Below are positions 30,001 through 34,890 of a stretch of DNA of 64,000 nucleotides, one piece after another. A program made the translations under genes and the position numbers. The notes beneath the pieces are model-generated. The model did no database searches and had not been told where the DNA came from. It saw only the letters and a list, made by a program, of their open reading frames with translations. Source of the DNA: Candidatus Sumerlaeota bacterium (GTDB lineage Bacteria > Sumerlaeota > Sumerlaeia > Sumerlaeales > Sumerlaeaceae); NCBI GenBank assembly GCA_012513815.1, contig JAAZBM010000007.1, forward strand, positions 22,153 through 86,152. Reading direction: 5' to 3'. Every line of letters starts with the position of its first letter. Positions within the stretch are counted from its first letter, which is position 1.

Positions 30001-33000
30001 GATCCTCGGCAAAGCCGGTCTTGTCCGCATTCGGACCAACAACCGTCAATGGCTTGTCGATGAACAACGTATCGGACAAGATATACTCACCAGCGGCCAC
30101 GTGAATGGTTTCGCCTTCGCGAGCACATTCAACCGCGAACGCAATCGTCGCTAACGGATTTGCTTCGCTACCGTCGCCGGTCTCGTCACTACCCGTTGTC
30201 GACACGTACCAGTCGAGAAGTTCGCCGGTCGCTGTGTAGACGCCACTAACCTGTGCGGTTTCGCCACGAACGACCGTAGCGGACGCATCGGCGGGAGTTA
30301 TCCAGCCACGTGGGAGATCCTTGAACATAATCAGATAGTCGCCTTCGTCAAGCTTGGCAATACCGCTGGTACGCCAAGTCTGGCCACCATCGAGACTCCA
30401 TCTTGCGCCAGCCGCGGCGGCTTCTGTCGGAAGCAACGTCACCTCCAACTGACCTTTTTCAACATAGGTTCCTGTGGCGGTCTTCGAATCGCCGACATTC
30501 ATATTAACCAAGCGCGACGAGGGAGTCGTGTAGAACGGAATGTCTTTGAAGCTCACTGTGTATCTGCCGAACGGCACCGAAAGTGCGACGCCGCTGTCAA
30601 GCCAGCCACTGTCGAAAGCATCGCCACCGGCGATCTTCCACTGAGCACCGGCCGCGATAGCTTCCGCGGGAACAATCGTCACGGTTTCGGTACCGGTCAT
30701 ATAACTGACTGTTGTCGCATCGTTCGGGATGACCTTCGCCGCGGCCTTCGCCGGGTTCAAGAGCATACCGTTAAACGTGCAACCTGTGTCAACCTTGACT
30801 TTTTGGTCAACAGCAGAAACAACTGTTCCACTCGTCATCACTTCGACGCAGACAGTACCATCACCGGTCGTACCTTGTGTGAAGGTGCAATTCTTGATTG
30901 TCACATCATTCGTGAGCGTCCAGCTTTGCGCAACACCACCATCTTCAGCATAGACAAGCAGTCCCTTGTCACCGCCGTTGACGGTAATGCCATCGAAGAC
31001 ACAATTGACACCGAGAGCATAGCCACTCGCTACGAGTTGGGAAATGGTCGAAACAACAATACCCTTGCCACCATCGGGGACGGTAATCGTGCCGCCCTCA
31101 ATGCTGAACTTAAAGTTCATATAAGTAAAGCCACCATAAATGTAACGAGTACTGGCAAGAATACCAATGTCGTTGTTCTCTAATGTGTTATTGCGAATCG
31201 TCGGCCACTTGGGACCTTCGTGGACATAATCGCTACCAGGATTATTGAATGGAGCTAGTCCAACTTCTTTGTTACGAATTATGTTATCCTCAATGATAAC
31301 AACATCGCCGGGACGGAATGCCCAAGTCGTGATACCAGCGTGTGTATAACCCCTTGTCACACCATTGGTAATGTTACTCTTGCCAAATATCGTATTCTCA
31401 GCGATATAAAGTGGATACTTGCGGTGAGTAAATGAGGAATGGTTGTAACGAACACCGGCATCACAATTCTTGATGGTGTTACCTTTGATATACTGAGCGT
31501 AGTCAATAGGCATACCGGTCGGAGCTTCTGCAACACTTTCAACTGCGACACCAAAGATGCAATTCTCGATGAAGTTATCGTATGCGTTTAAATCGCAGTT
31601 GTTAGTTGAAACTAAACCTATATATGCTATATTAGCAATATAGTTATCCTTCACCAAGATGCCGGTAGCAGCATGCGCAGCTGATGGTGCTGGAGTGCAG
31701 GTATAGACACCACCCGTGTTGAAGTTGATGACACGATTGTTCGTCAGAACGACATTCACATCCGCGTTGTCCAAACCTACGAAGTAAGGAACAAGACCGG
31801 CACAAAGACCATCGTTCAAATTAGGATTAATCAGCGGGTCACTATTCATACCATCAAGAGTCAAACCGGAAATGGTGACATCACGAGAAACGATGTCAAT
31901 CATGTCGGCATTAACGAAGTCTTGGAAGTTTGCGATGTCGGCCTTAATGACAGCTTCAGCACCACGATCTTCAGCATAACCCTTCTTGTCCGCGTTCGGG
32001 CCAAGGAGAGCCAATGGCTTGTCAATCTCGATTGTTTCACTGACAAGGTACTCGCCGGCGGCCACATAAACAATATCACCTGCACGGGCGCAGTCAATCG
32101 CGAACGCAATTGTCGCGAACGGATTTGTTTCGCTACCGTCGCCGGTCTCGTCACTACCTGTGGTCGCGACGTACCAGCTCAACGTGCTGGGGTCTTCCGT
32201 ATAGGTTGCAGACTCTTCGATTGTCGCATCAGTTGTAATAGTCACAGGAATAGCAGTAGGTGTCACCCAACCGTGAACAGATTTAAATGTCACAGTATAG
32301 GAGCCAGTATTTATGTTAATCGAACTTCCACCGGCATTCCATGTGGTTCCGCCATCAACGCTCCATGCGGATTTTGTCGGGCCTGTGATATTCACTTTCA
32401 ACGTGCCCATATCGCGAGCGAATGTAGCCGCGATGGTGTGGTCGGCGGTCACGTTCTCAAATGTATAGCTTGTGGCAGCCGTCACTGTTGTGCCGTCAAC
32501 CACTAGGCTTTCGATATGATAATTCGTCGCGGGCGTGATTGTGAAGGCAAGGTCATCGCCATAGTTCACAGTCTGTTCGCCATTCGGAGAAATAGTACCG
32601 TTTTCACCGGCGGTTGCTGTCACCGTAAATGTCTTAATCGCGAAGGTAGCTGCAACTGTGTGAGTTGCGGCGACGTTTGTGAAAGTATATGTTGCCGTAG
32701 GTTCAACCTCAACGCCGTCAACCGTCAGGCTGGCGATATTGTAGCTCTCAAGCGGCGTAATCGTAACCGTGTAGTCTTCGCCCTCGGGAGCGTTCGTGGT
32801 CGGCGTGATGCTGCCGCCCTCTCCGCAACTGGTCGTGATGGCGTAGCCGCGCTTGACACTCATATCAGTCGCCACAATCATATCGGGCATTGCGAGACCG
32901 ACACTCTGACCAAAGTCAATTGTAAAGCTTTGATTTGGATACCAAGGATGGTTGCTTGCAAACTCAACATCTTGCGCAATCAAATCACTAAAGGTTAAGG

Positions 33001-34426
33001 GTGTATCATCGTCAATATTAAACAACCTCTCGCTTTGACCAGCCATTTTCTTTGCGCCAATCGCGGAATAGTCATTAGTCGTGTTCTTGACATACTTACT
33101 CTGAGCTTCGTCCCAAATGAAGCTCGAGCCCCAGTTATAAACCTGTGTGTCGGCAAGAAGCTCCGCATAATTGAGCGACAGGCCTTCACGATTCAGGAAA
33201 TCCTGAGGCGAAATGGGAATAACGAGTTTCTTGTCTTTATCGGTAACGAACATTCGCATCGTAGGCCAAACATCATGATGCTCAGCAAACAAGTTTTTGT
33301 CAACGTTAAACGAGAACTTACCGAAGTCACTTATCTTCAGCCCGGCAAGACCCTTATTATATGCGGTCACCTTTGCGCCGTTGTAGTCAATCAAGACACT
33401 CAACCCATTGGCAGCCGTCGGACGAATCGAAGGAAGATGATTCGCGACATTAGTTTCGTTTTGAGCGAACCACTCACCGGCGGCAATCGACTCAGTGTAG
33501 TTATACTTCGTCACCGCGACATTCGCAATCTCAACTTCTTTCGGCGTAACACCACTTGCGCCTTGTCCACCGACGAGCACACAGTAAACACCGTAACCGG
33601 CTCTGCTAGCACCAGTGCCAACCGTCCCGGGATATCCACCCACAGGAGGAACATCAATCGTCAAATGAGAAATGTCAGCCATAACAAGCTTGCTTGTCCC
33701 GGCGGCATCACGTGTCATGTAGTAACCCGCGTCCGGAGCAACATTTACCCCGCGCATTTCCGGAGTCATCCAACCAAGATTCGCGACGCTGCGTTCCCCA
33801 GCCTCGTAAGCAATAAACGGACTGTTGAGGAATTCATAACGATCTGTCTCTGTTTCATCAGAACCAACCAGATACTTCGAGGCGCAAAGCAACGCGTAAT
33901 GACCGGAGCCATCAGTTACCCAAATGTTGTAGTAAACCTGATAAGTGCCAACCGTGCCCGGGCGTTCCCAATTAATGCCGGCAAACTCGCCGAGAGTCAT
34001 CCCGTTATAGTCACGCGTACCATAACCAATCTTCTTCGTACCGTTATCGATAAAGGTCGCCTTTACACCATTCGCGGTCTTCGTAAATTGACCATCACCA
34101 CGAATCGAATGCGCACCCCAATAACCCACAACAGGAGTTAAGGTCACGTTCTGAACTGACGTATCCGTAAGCTCCACAGCCTGATTTGCCGCAGTCCAGC
34201 CGCTATCGGCAGCGTTGAACTTGACGGTGTATGTGCCGGGATCCAACGTAGCCGTGTCGCCACTTGCATACCACGTTGTTCCATCGTCGACTGTCCACTT
34301 GGCGCCGTTCACAGGCGCGTAGGCAGGCTCAAGATTCACCGTCAACGAAGCCGCGTTCGCTGAACCACAACAACAAGTGACCAATAATGCCACCGCTACA
34401 ACTAAAGATTTGATATGTTTAAACAT
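18074..34426 (-). CDS. Giant secreted mosaic protein (5,450 aa): 4 right-handed beta-helix modules, 17 small beta-sandwich-like repeats, 9 InlB-B-like repeats, 2 unknown ~430-aa modules and 2 propeller-like modules
   Basis: The frame is open across 18074-34636. AGGAG plus ATG at 34426 gives the Sec signal MFKHIKSLVVAVALLVTCCCGSANA/AS. The motif WYV[AS]TTGSDETGDGSE[AT]NP[FL]AT[IV] (a beta-helix N-cap) occurs 4 times. The motif A.W[ST].DGGTTW..SG.....G.Y...FK...G[WY]..P occurs 17 times. GENGTITPSGEVTVNYG..Y.....VDG......SYTF..V..DHTI.V.FA occurs 9 times. Confidence 0.9.
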   Translation of the reverse strand: MFKHIKSLVVAVALLVTCCCGSANAASLTVNLEPAYAPVNGAKWTVDDGTTWYASGDTATLDPGTYTVKFNAADSGWTAANQAVELTDTSVQNVTLTPVVGYWGAHSIRGDGQFTKTANGVKATFIDNGTKKIGYGTRDYNGMTLGEFAGINWERPGTVGTYQVYYNIWVTDGSGHYALLCASKYLVGSDETETDRYEFLNSPFIAYEAGERSVANLGWMTPEMRGVNVAPDAGYYMTRDAAGTSKLVMADISHLTIDVPPVGGYPGTVGTGASRAGYGVYCVLVGGQGASGVTPKEVEIANVAVTKYNYTESIAAGEWFAQNETNVANHLPSIRPTAANGLSVLIDYNGAKVTAYNKGLAGLKISDFGKFSFNVDKNLFAEHHDVWPTMRMFVTDKDKKLVIPISPQDFLNREGLSLNYAELLADTQVYNWGSSFIWDEAQSKYVKNTTNDYSAIGAKKMAGQSERLFNIDDDTPLTFSDLIAQDVEFASNHPWYPNQSFTIDFGQSVGLAMPDMIVATDMSVKRGYAITTSCGEGGSITPTTNAPEGEDYTVTITPLESYNIASLTVDGVEVEPTATYTFTNVAATHTVAATFAIKTFTVTATAGENGTISPNGEQTVNYGDDLAFTITPATNYHIESLVVDGTTVTAATSYTFENVTADHTIAATFARDMGTLKVNITGPTKSAWSVDGGTTWNAGGSSININTGSYTVTFKSVHGWVTPTAIPVTITTDATIEESATYTEDPSTLSWYVATTGSDETGDGSETNPFATIAFAIDCARAGDIVYVAAGEYLVSETIEIDKPLALLGPNADKKGYAEDRGAEAVIKADIANFQDFVNADMIDIVSRDVTISGLTLDGMNSDPLINPNLNDGLCAGLVPYFVGLDNADVNVVLTNNRVINFNTGGVYTCTPAPSAAHAATGILVKDNYIANIAYIGLVSTNNCDLNAYDNFIENCIFGVAVESVAEAPTGMPIDYAQYIKGNTIKNCDAGVRYNHSSFTHRKYPLYIAENTIFGKSNITNGVTRGYTHAGITTWAFRPGDVVIIEDNIIRNKEVGLAPFNNPGSDYVHEGPKWPTIRNNTLENNDIGILASTRYIYGGFTYMNFKFSIEGGTITVPDGGKGIVVSTISQLVASGYALGVNCVFDGITVNGGDKGLLVYAEDGGVAQSWTLTNDVTIKNCTFTQGTTGDGTVCVEVMTSGTVVSAVDQKVKVDTGCTFNGMLLNPAKAAAKVIPNDATTVSYMTGTETVTIVPAEAIAAGAQWKIAGGDAFDSGWLDSGVALSVPFGRYTVSFKDIPFYTTPSSRLVNMNVGDSKTATGTYVEKGQLEVTLLPTEAAAAGARWSLDGGQTWRTSGIAKLDEGDYLIMFKDLPRGWITPADASATVVRGETAQVSGVYTATGELLDWYVSTTGSDETGDGSEANPLATIAFAVECAREGETIHVAAGEYILSDTLFIDKPLTVVGPNADKTGFAEDRGAEALLKPALPDMLEGVMVEITSEDVTFSGFELDGQNDNFLDGYTGIAYGLLIYLTGEHPSANINILNNRFSNMGDAGVYSFSPSYAGANHANGIEAVGNYVTNAWFGFVSDANVDMNVRNNKAELCRIGLVLEKSIGQCEDTPADYKQYFENNLTVDCFIGFRYNNWPSQSRTSEFVLRNNTFDGYNPALGNETTLTPGGILMYALIPKTNVITIENNTFKNQKYGATLWGAQTLNLRNNNFIDNEVGIRFATVIDYSGGPDGKTWGSNMNQTITGNSFTIPAGGTGVLVDAMSTTINTSFTTWGKFNANLNLENCTFTGGAKGLAVQVTDPTGLGCQARASIKDCSFTQGEIGDGTYCVDATTATSVKVDTGCTFNGMLLNPAKAAEKVIPADDTVSYCTGNLTVTLTPSEAVALGAQWKIAGGDAYDSGWQNSGATLAAPFGDYTLIFKDIDIYATPATQSVTIVKDGESTATAEYVERAQINVTLTPAEAAAAGAKWSIDGGTTWNASGASVKADAGTYTLSFQAPPRGWTAPASETVELVSGIITEASGVFVKTAGILDWYVATTGSDETGDGSEANPFATVKFGIACAREGDIVHVAAGEYLISETIEIDKPLSLLGPNSDKKGYAEDRGAEAVIKADIANFPDFSGADMIDILSRDVTVSGLSLNGMNSDPMINPDLNDGLSAGLVPYFVGLDNADVNVVLTNNRLSNFNTAGVYAFCATRNATDAANGILVKDNYFSEIAYIGAISTNNCEFDAIDNKFENCWLAMAFENLNGSPTGTAVDYKQYVNGNTIVDCGVGIRFNHSLPSGGVKAAELIISNNTITGRGQFPISHTPCGLTVWSYADGDRVTFENNVVENNECGVDMYSYKIFNGYPKMLNNTFTNNDIGILISDRTKYYSPWGPPYEYSYRDVAARIEGGTVTVPDGGLGIVVANVQSPQAKRSTIAYSTSAELVGLTVTGGDKGLYVYTEDALGSTRSPAPIKTKVMIKDCTFTQGEVGDETVCVEVGTSGTLISPLDQTVKVDTGCTFNGMLLNPAKAVAKVIPNDTTTVTYYTGDLTVTLAPQEAITAGAQWKIAGGDAYDSGWKNSAEQLAVPAGDYTITYKDIEFFATPAPRFMHIDKDGTFTATGTYVAKSQIKVTLLPQGATYNGAWSIDGGTTWYKSGEIAKVDAGFYPVTFKPVYGWIAPSEQEVEVNEGETAEATATYTPAAGVLDWYVATTGSDETGDGSEANPFATIPFAVECAREGEIIHVAAGEYIFNEEVSIDKALTILGPNATLPAYAVDGNGVKSFPNTDRTAEAVLVNNMPCVTEEESVFGISTRDVTISGFTFDGLDVGSVGIKVSFAPGVYIGNANINLTNNIVKGISCYGYLVQYTGSGEAQYSSNGILAQGNYFTDNFMGILAYNNVVLDIVDNLAENTTYAYRYEFYTNATPAGTITDCNVTGNSANNVHVGLMYNEACGGPGSGYHFNIKDNVFTQGYRYISSPRLPVVGLYLTTLGKNDDLVLDNNSVDGFEVGVEVNDIYGISNPIIQNSTFTNNTFGARVSTVQCWVNCIRAYATFNNCQFIDNETGFEVRGYYASATIPGNATAFLNDCTITGGNTGLNMVYDNNGGTAVGTATAGIKNCVFSQGVDLDGKYCVNALSENVSVKVDTGCTFNGYTLNVAKSAEKQKVVPADDTVSYYTGTETVTLEPAEAVTAGAQWKIAGGDAFDSGWLASAAMATVPVGGEYTISFKDVDGWIAPDEIEDVAITKDGTSQHSASYNPVISASAGENGTITPAGEVEVAYGEAQTFNFAPSTGYHVSKVLVDGTEVTIADSYTFEDVAVPHTIAVEFAIDTFTITASTGENGTITPSGEVTVNYGADQTFNFAANTGYHVAKVLVDGAEVAIADSYTFEDVVADHTIAVEFAIDTFTITASASGNGTITPSGEVTVNYGADQTFAFAKDTGYHIAKVVVDGAEVTIADSYTFTDVVANHTIAVEFAIDTFTITASTGENGTITPSGDVTVNYGADQTFDFAANTGYHVSKVVVDGAEVTVADSYTFEDVAADHTIAVEFAIDTFTITASAGENGTITPSGDVTVNYGEDQSFAIAANEDYIISDVTVDGESVGAVAEYTFTEVKADHQISVTFAAAGSVTINITGTSQGQWSTSLSGPWHNSGDKVYLLPDDYLIVFKSVAGFKAPDSFPVTVVVGEPQTFDKEYTRLINYAQWKLFGTYSLAGLTNATASTQHITADADKNIYIGGYGYGGTSQSDAALLKFAANGATAPETVELVGVRSAWGEALTNGYLGLSQTPDGGIFATMDGAASSPAFTLKLKNGGEVDTDWAVDGIYDVTAEAPRFQANAVLEDGTLALPRLMIGDNKSIRFVEQDGDNVVITNMAVEGDINNYARDAVVMGSNTMFILADNDTTIYKVLFNGTTLADATVTEFVKPTNAGTRSGLYFHELDNTLIHATVGAASSQQSINIYNAETGELVQSLSGAEVPATYNDVVVIPDAVNGDMMYAVSSDKQIAVYKHTVALTVDLSQCPEGAKWSIDGGTTWNDSMASVEVFDKSIATVTLSTVEGYEVPAPINVTIDGNTTYEVPASAYKTIYCDIKVTLEPAYAPVNGAKWSLDGGTTWYASGQTAKALCDVDQVITFNDTISGWAGEPVIVKGASGELVEETVTLTPVSGFWGGHCIRPSGSGDDSYELIENGITAGFTDYGTKKIGFGSRDFNGMKLNDIFEISWTAEATTDYETYFNVWVTDGEGHYALLSIDKYYQGSNDTMNGFYDLQNADFLVYEAGPRTVGNLGWMTPEFRGVDAGTYMTRDAAGSTAARLVLSDIGHLTIATPPAGEYPPTVGGGASKAGYGIYIVLVGGPTTTEALPATVKVTNPTVKIADFHAMTMAGDWISSETSVVANHIASIRAQSATAHNLLLDFDGATAGIYNKGLSECKLSDFGIFSFNINEEIFAGHDDMWPVTNFLIISADKSMIIPVAAKNFTAAKGAELNYATLKADEINSFGVGYIWNGTEFVEDTDNDYSAFNAKKIGDQLFAADGVTPLTFADLAAQGVEFTNQHPLYSGRSVYMKLGSDSASALPDMIQISNLSILRGFEVSTSCTEDMATITPTTNVPQDTDFTVVITPKTTEDVDPAYNPIDPYEVYLLKVDGVEVAPTTTVTFEDVQATHTVEAFLRMKQYTVTASVKDNVGGTIEPVGEKTLAYDESQTYAIAVSEGYNLADVLVDGESVGAVTSYEFKRVRANHTIEAQFVHKKIDSLKVTLSPEEAVVAGAAWSVDGGTTWYESGQTVTDLDAGDFVLSFKGVNGYAAPALQYFTIDEGDSYETTAQYTEIEEFVPWKLYGAYSLNGINATVSSSHIAADSENNLYIGGYGALGDAQKTAAVIKFAANGKIAPTEATLLASRNRNTETPDWGANTNGYLGLSQTTDGGVVVTIDGSAGSPQETLKFKTDGTLDTTWRDGGKYIVGPVDRLQCNAVLEDGTVVLPQLFMASKKSVRLVKNDETLNLTVDGVADHARDIAAKGNDTLFILANGYKTIYKVTFVASDYSNVTVSEFANPAGAAGNGGLFYNKADNTLTHASGCGGGGKQSLSIYNADTGELLQTLTTAANVPGLYNDAVVIKDANLGDMMYGVSSDRNMGVYKRIAFVKVNLGNAPAGAQWSVDGGTTWFDNDATAEVFDSEETFVTFKDVTGYNTPAPLSFVGDKSQLTEIILADDSYTRIIGSVQVNIEPEAVVEGAGWMLVKGAPYKAAAGEWHKSGEVEENVPVDQYTVTFKSVAGYDKPEDMLADVTSSEKLILTGIYTKSKATLIVNINGPAESRWSIDNFTTSYQSGTAIKVDSGNTYTVKFNDVEGWTKPEDKTVDATDVQIYEVKATYTQILGAISVSISPGDAVADGAAWSIDSGLTWHTSGATITDLKPGTYGVVFREIYEKRWAAPIPQTVSVTAGTTTLVEGVYRRYSAVDTWELF
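18077..19050 (-). repeat. Four C-terminal beta-sandwich-like repeats plus the terminal tail ..AVDTWELF
   Basis: The four repeat cores are GAQWSVDGGTTWF, GAGWMLVKG..GEWHKSG, ESRWSIDNFTTSYQSG and GAAWSIDSGLTWHTSG. The protein ends in YRRYSAVDTWELF and then stop. Confidence 0.7.
19055..19975 (-). repeat. Giant protein module P, copy 2
   Basis: It runs from FVPWKLYGAYSL through NLYIGGYGALG, AAVIKFAANG, GYLGLSQTTDGGVV and LKFKTDGTLDTTW to MMYGVSSDRNMGVYKR. Confidence 0.55.
20700..21975 (-). repeat. Giant protein module A, copy 2
   Basis: It runs from TPVSGFWGGHCIRPSG through YFNVWVTDGEGHYALL, NLGWMTPEFRG and GYGIYIVLVGG to ISNLSILRGF. It is collinear with copy 1, and I estimate roughly half the residues are identical by eye. 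Confidence 0.6.
22430..23360 (-). repeat. Giant protein module P, copy 1 (propeller-like, ~310 aa)
   Basis: It runs from YAQWKLFGTYSL through NIYIGGYGYGG, AALLKFAANG, GYLGLSQTPDGGIF and LKLKNGGEVDTDW to MMYAVSSDKQIAVYKH. The copy at 19055-19975 is collinear with it. Confidence 0.55.
23585..24685 (-). repeat. Five tandem 222-bp coding repeats (74-aa InlB-B-like domains)
   Basis: The landmark AGTTAAC recurs at 23731, 23953, 24175 and 24397, an exact 222-bp period. The protein units read DTFTITAS[TA]GENGTITPSGEVTVNYGADQTF.FA..TGYHV.KV.VDGAEV..ADSYTFEDV.ADHTIAVEFAI. Confidence 0.9.
24690..32180 (-). repeat. Array of four beta-helix super-repeats (~1.9 kb each: beta-helix plus 1-2 beta-sandwich domains)
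   Basis: The N-cap motifs map to about 32175, 30215, 28310 and 26340. Each helix ends with VKVDTGCTFNG[MY].LN.AK, at about 30750, 28860, 26880 and 24990. Modules 1 and 3 share DNA tracts of more than 60 bp that are identical (e.g. 31735-31801 vs 27866-27931). Confidence 0.8.
32850..34140 (-). repeat. Giant protein module A, copy 1 (unknown ~430-aa two-part module)
   Basis: It runs from TPVVGYWGAHSIRGDG through YYNIWVTDGSGHYALL, NLGWMTPEMRG and GYGVYCVLVGG to DMSVKRGY. A collinear copy lies at 20700-21975. Confidence 0.6.
34352..34426 (-). other. Sec signal peptide of the giant protein (25 aa, predicted cleavage after ANA)
   Basis: MFKHIKSLVVAVALLVTCCCGSANA has a basic n-region, a hydrophobic core and an AxA site. 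Confidence 0.7.
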
Positions 34427-34595
34427 GGGACTTTTCTCCTTTTGACCCTGTAATTTTACTGATTTCGTAATTAAATTTGAATGAATAGAAGCGTCGCAAA
34501 GCCGCAGTACATCAGGCTCTGCGCACCGTCGCTTTATCGAAGGCAAGTTTTCTGTATTCGGATTTAGAAAAAGCAAATTAAAACCTTCATCAAGT

Positions 34596-34636
34596 ATCAT
34601 AATGCACATATAGCAGATTTGCCACAATTTTGTCAA
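34596..34636 (-). promoter_or_regulatory. Candidate sigma70-type promoter and A-tract UP element for the giant gene
   Basis: On the minus strand a perfect TTGACA (34631-34636) is followed after 18 nt by TATATG (34607-34612). An alternative TATGAT lies at 34596-34601. A8-A9 tracts sit directly upstream (about 34640-34668). This implies a leader of about 170 nt before ATG 34426. Confidence 0.35.
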
Positions 34637-34890
34637 GTCTTTTTTTTAGAAAATCATTTTTTTTTGAGGGTCGCTTTTTTCAGGTTATGACGCTCAATAG
34701 GTGAAATTTCGACGCCTGAAAGATTGAAAATATTCTTGTTTATACTATGATTTACAAAGCATTAATATTTATATATTATATGTCATATGCATCTTTTTAC
34801 CCCGTTTCGACATTTTTACAAGGGGCGAAATGCCATCAGAAAACCAAAATTTAGCCTCGGTTTTGAGAAACTCGCAGACGTCTTTTTCGG

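Noticed and set aside
18074-34426. A diversity-generating retroelement or phase-variation switch acting on the giant gene
   Set aside because: There is no reverse transcriptase, template repeat, invertase or inverted-repeat-flanked promoter in or near the gene. I saw no homopolymer or short SSR tract near the start codon.
34427-34636. A 70-codon N-terminal extension of the giant ORF (MTKLWQICYMCIM...)
   Set aside because: The extension begins at a TTG that is itself the candidate -35 box. It has no RBS and is AT-rich non-coding-like sequence. A strong AGGAG plus ATG and a signal peptide follow at 34426.
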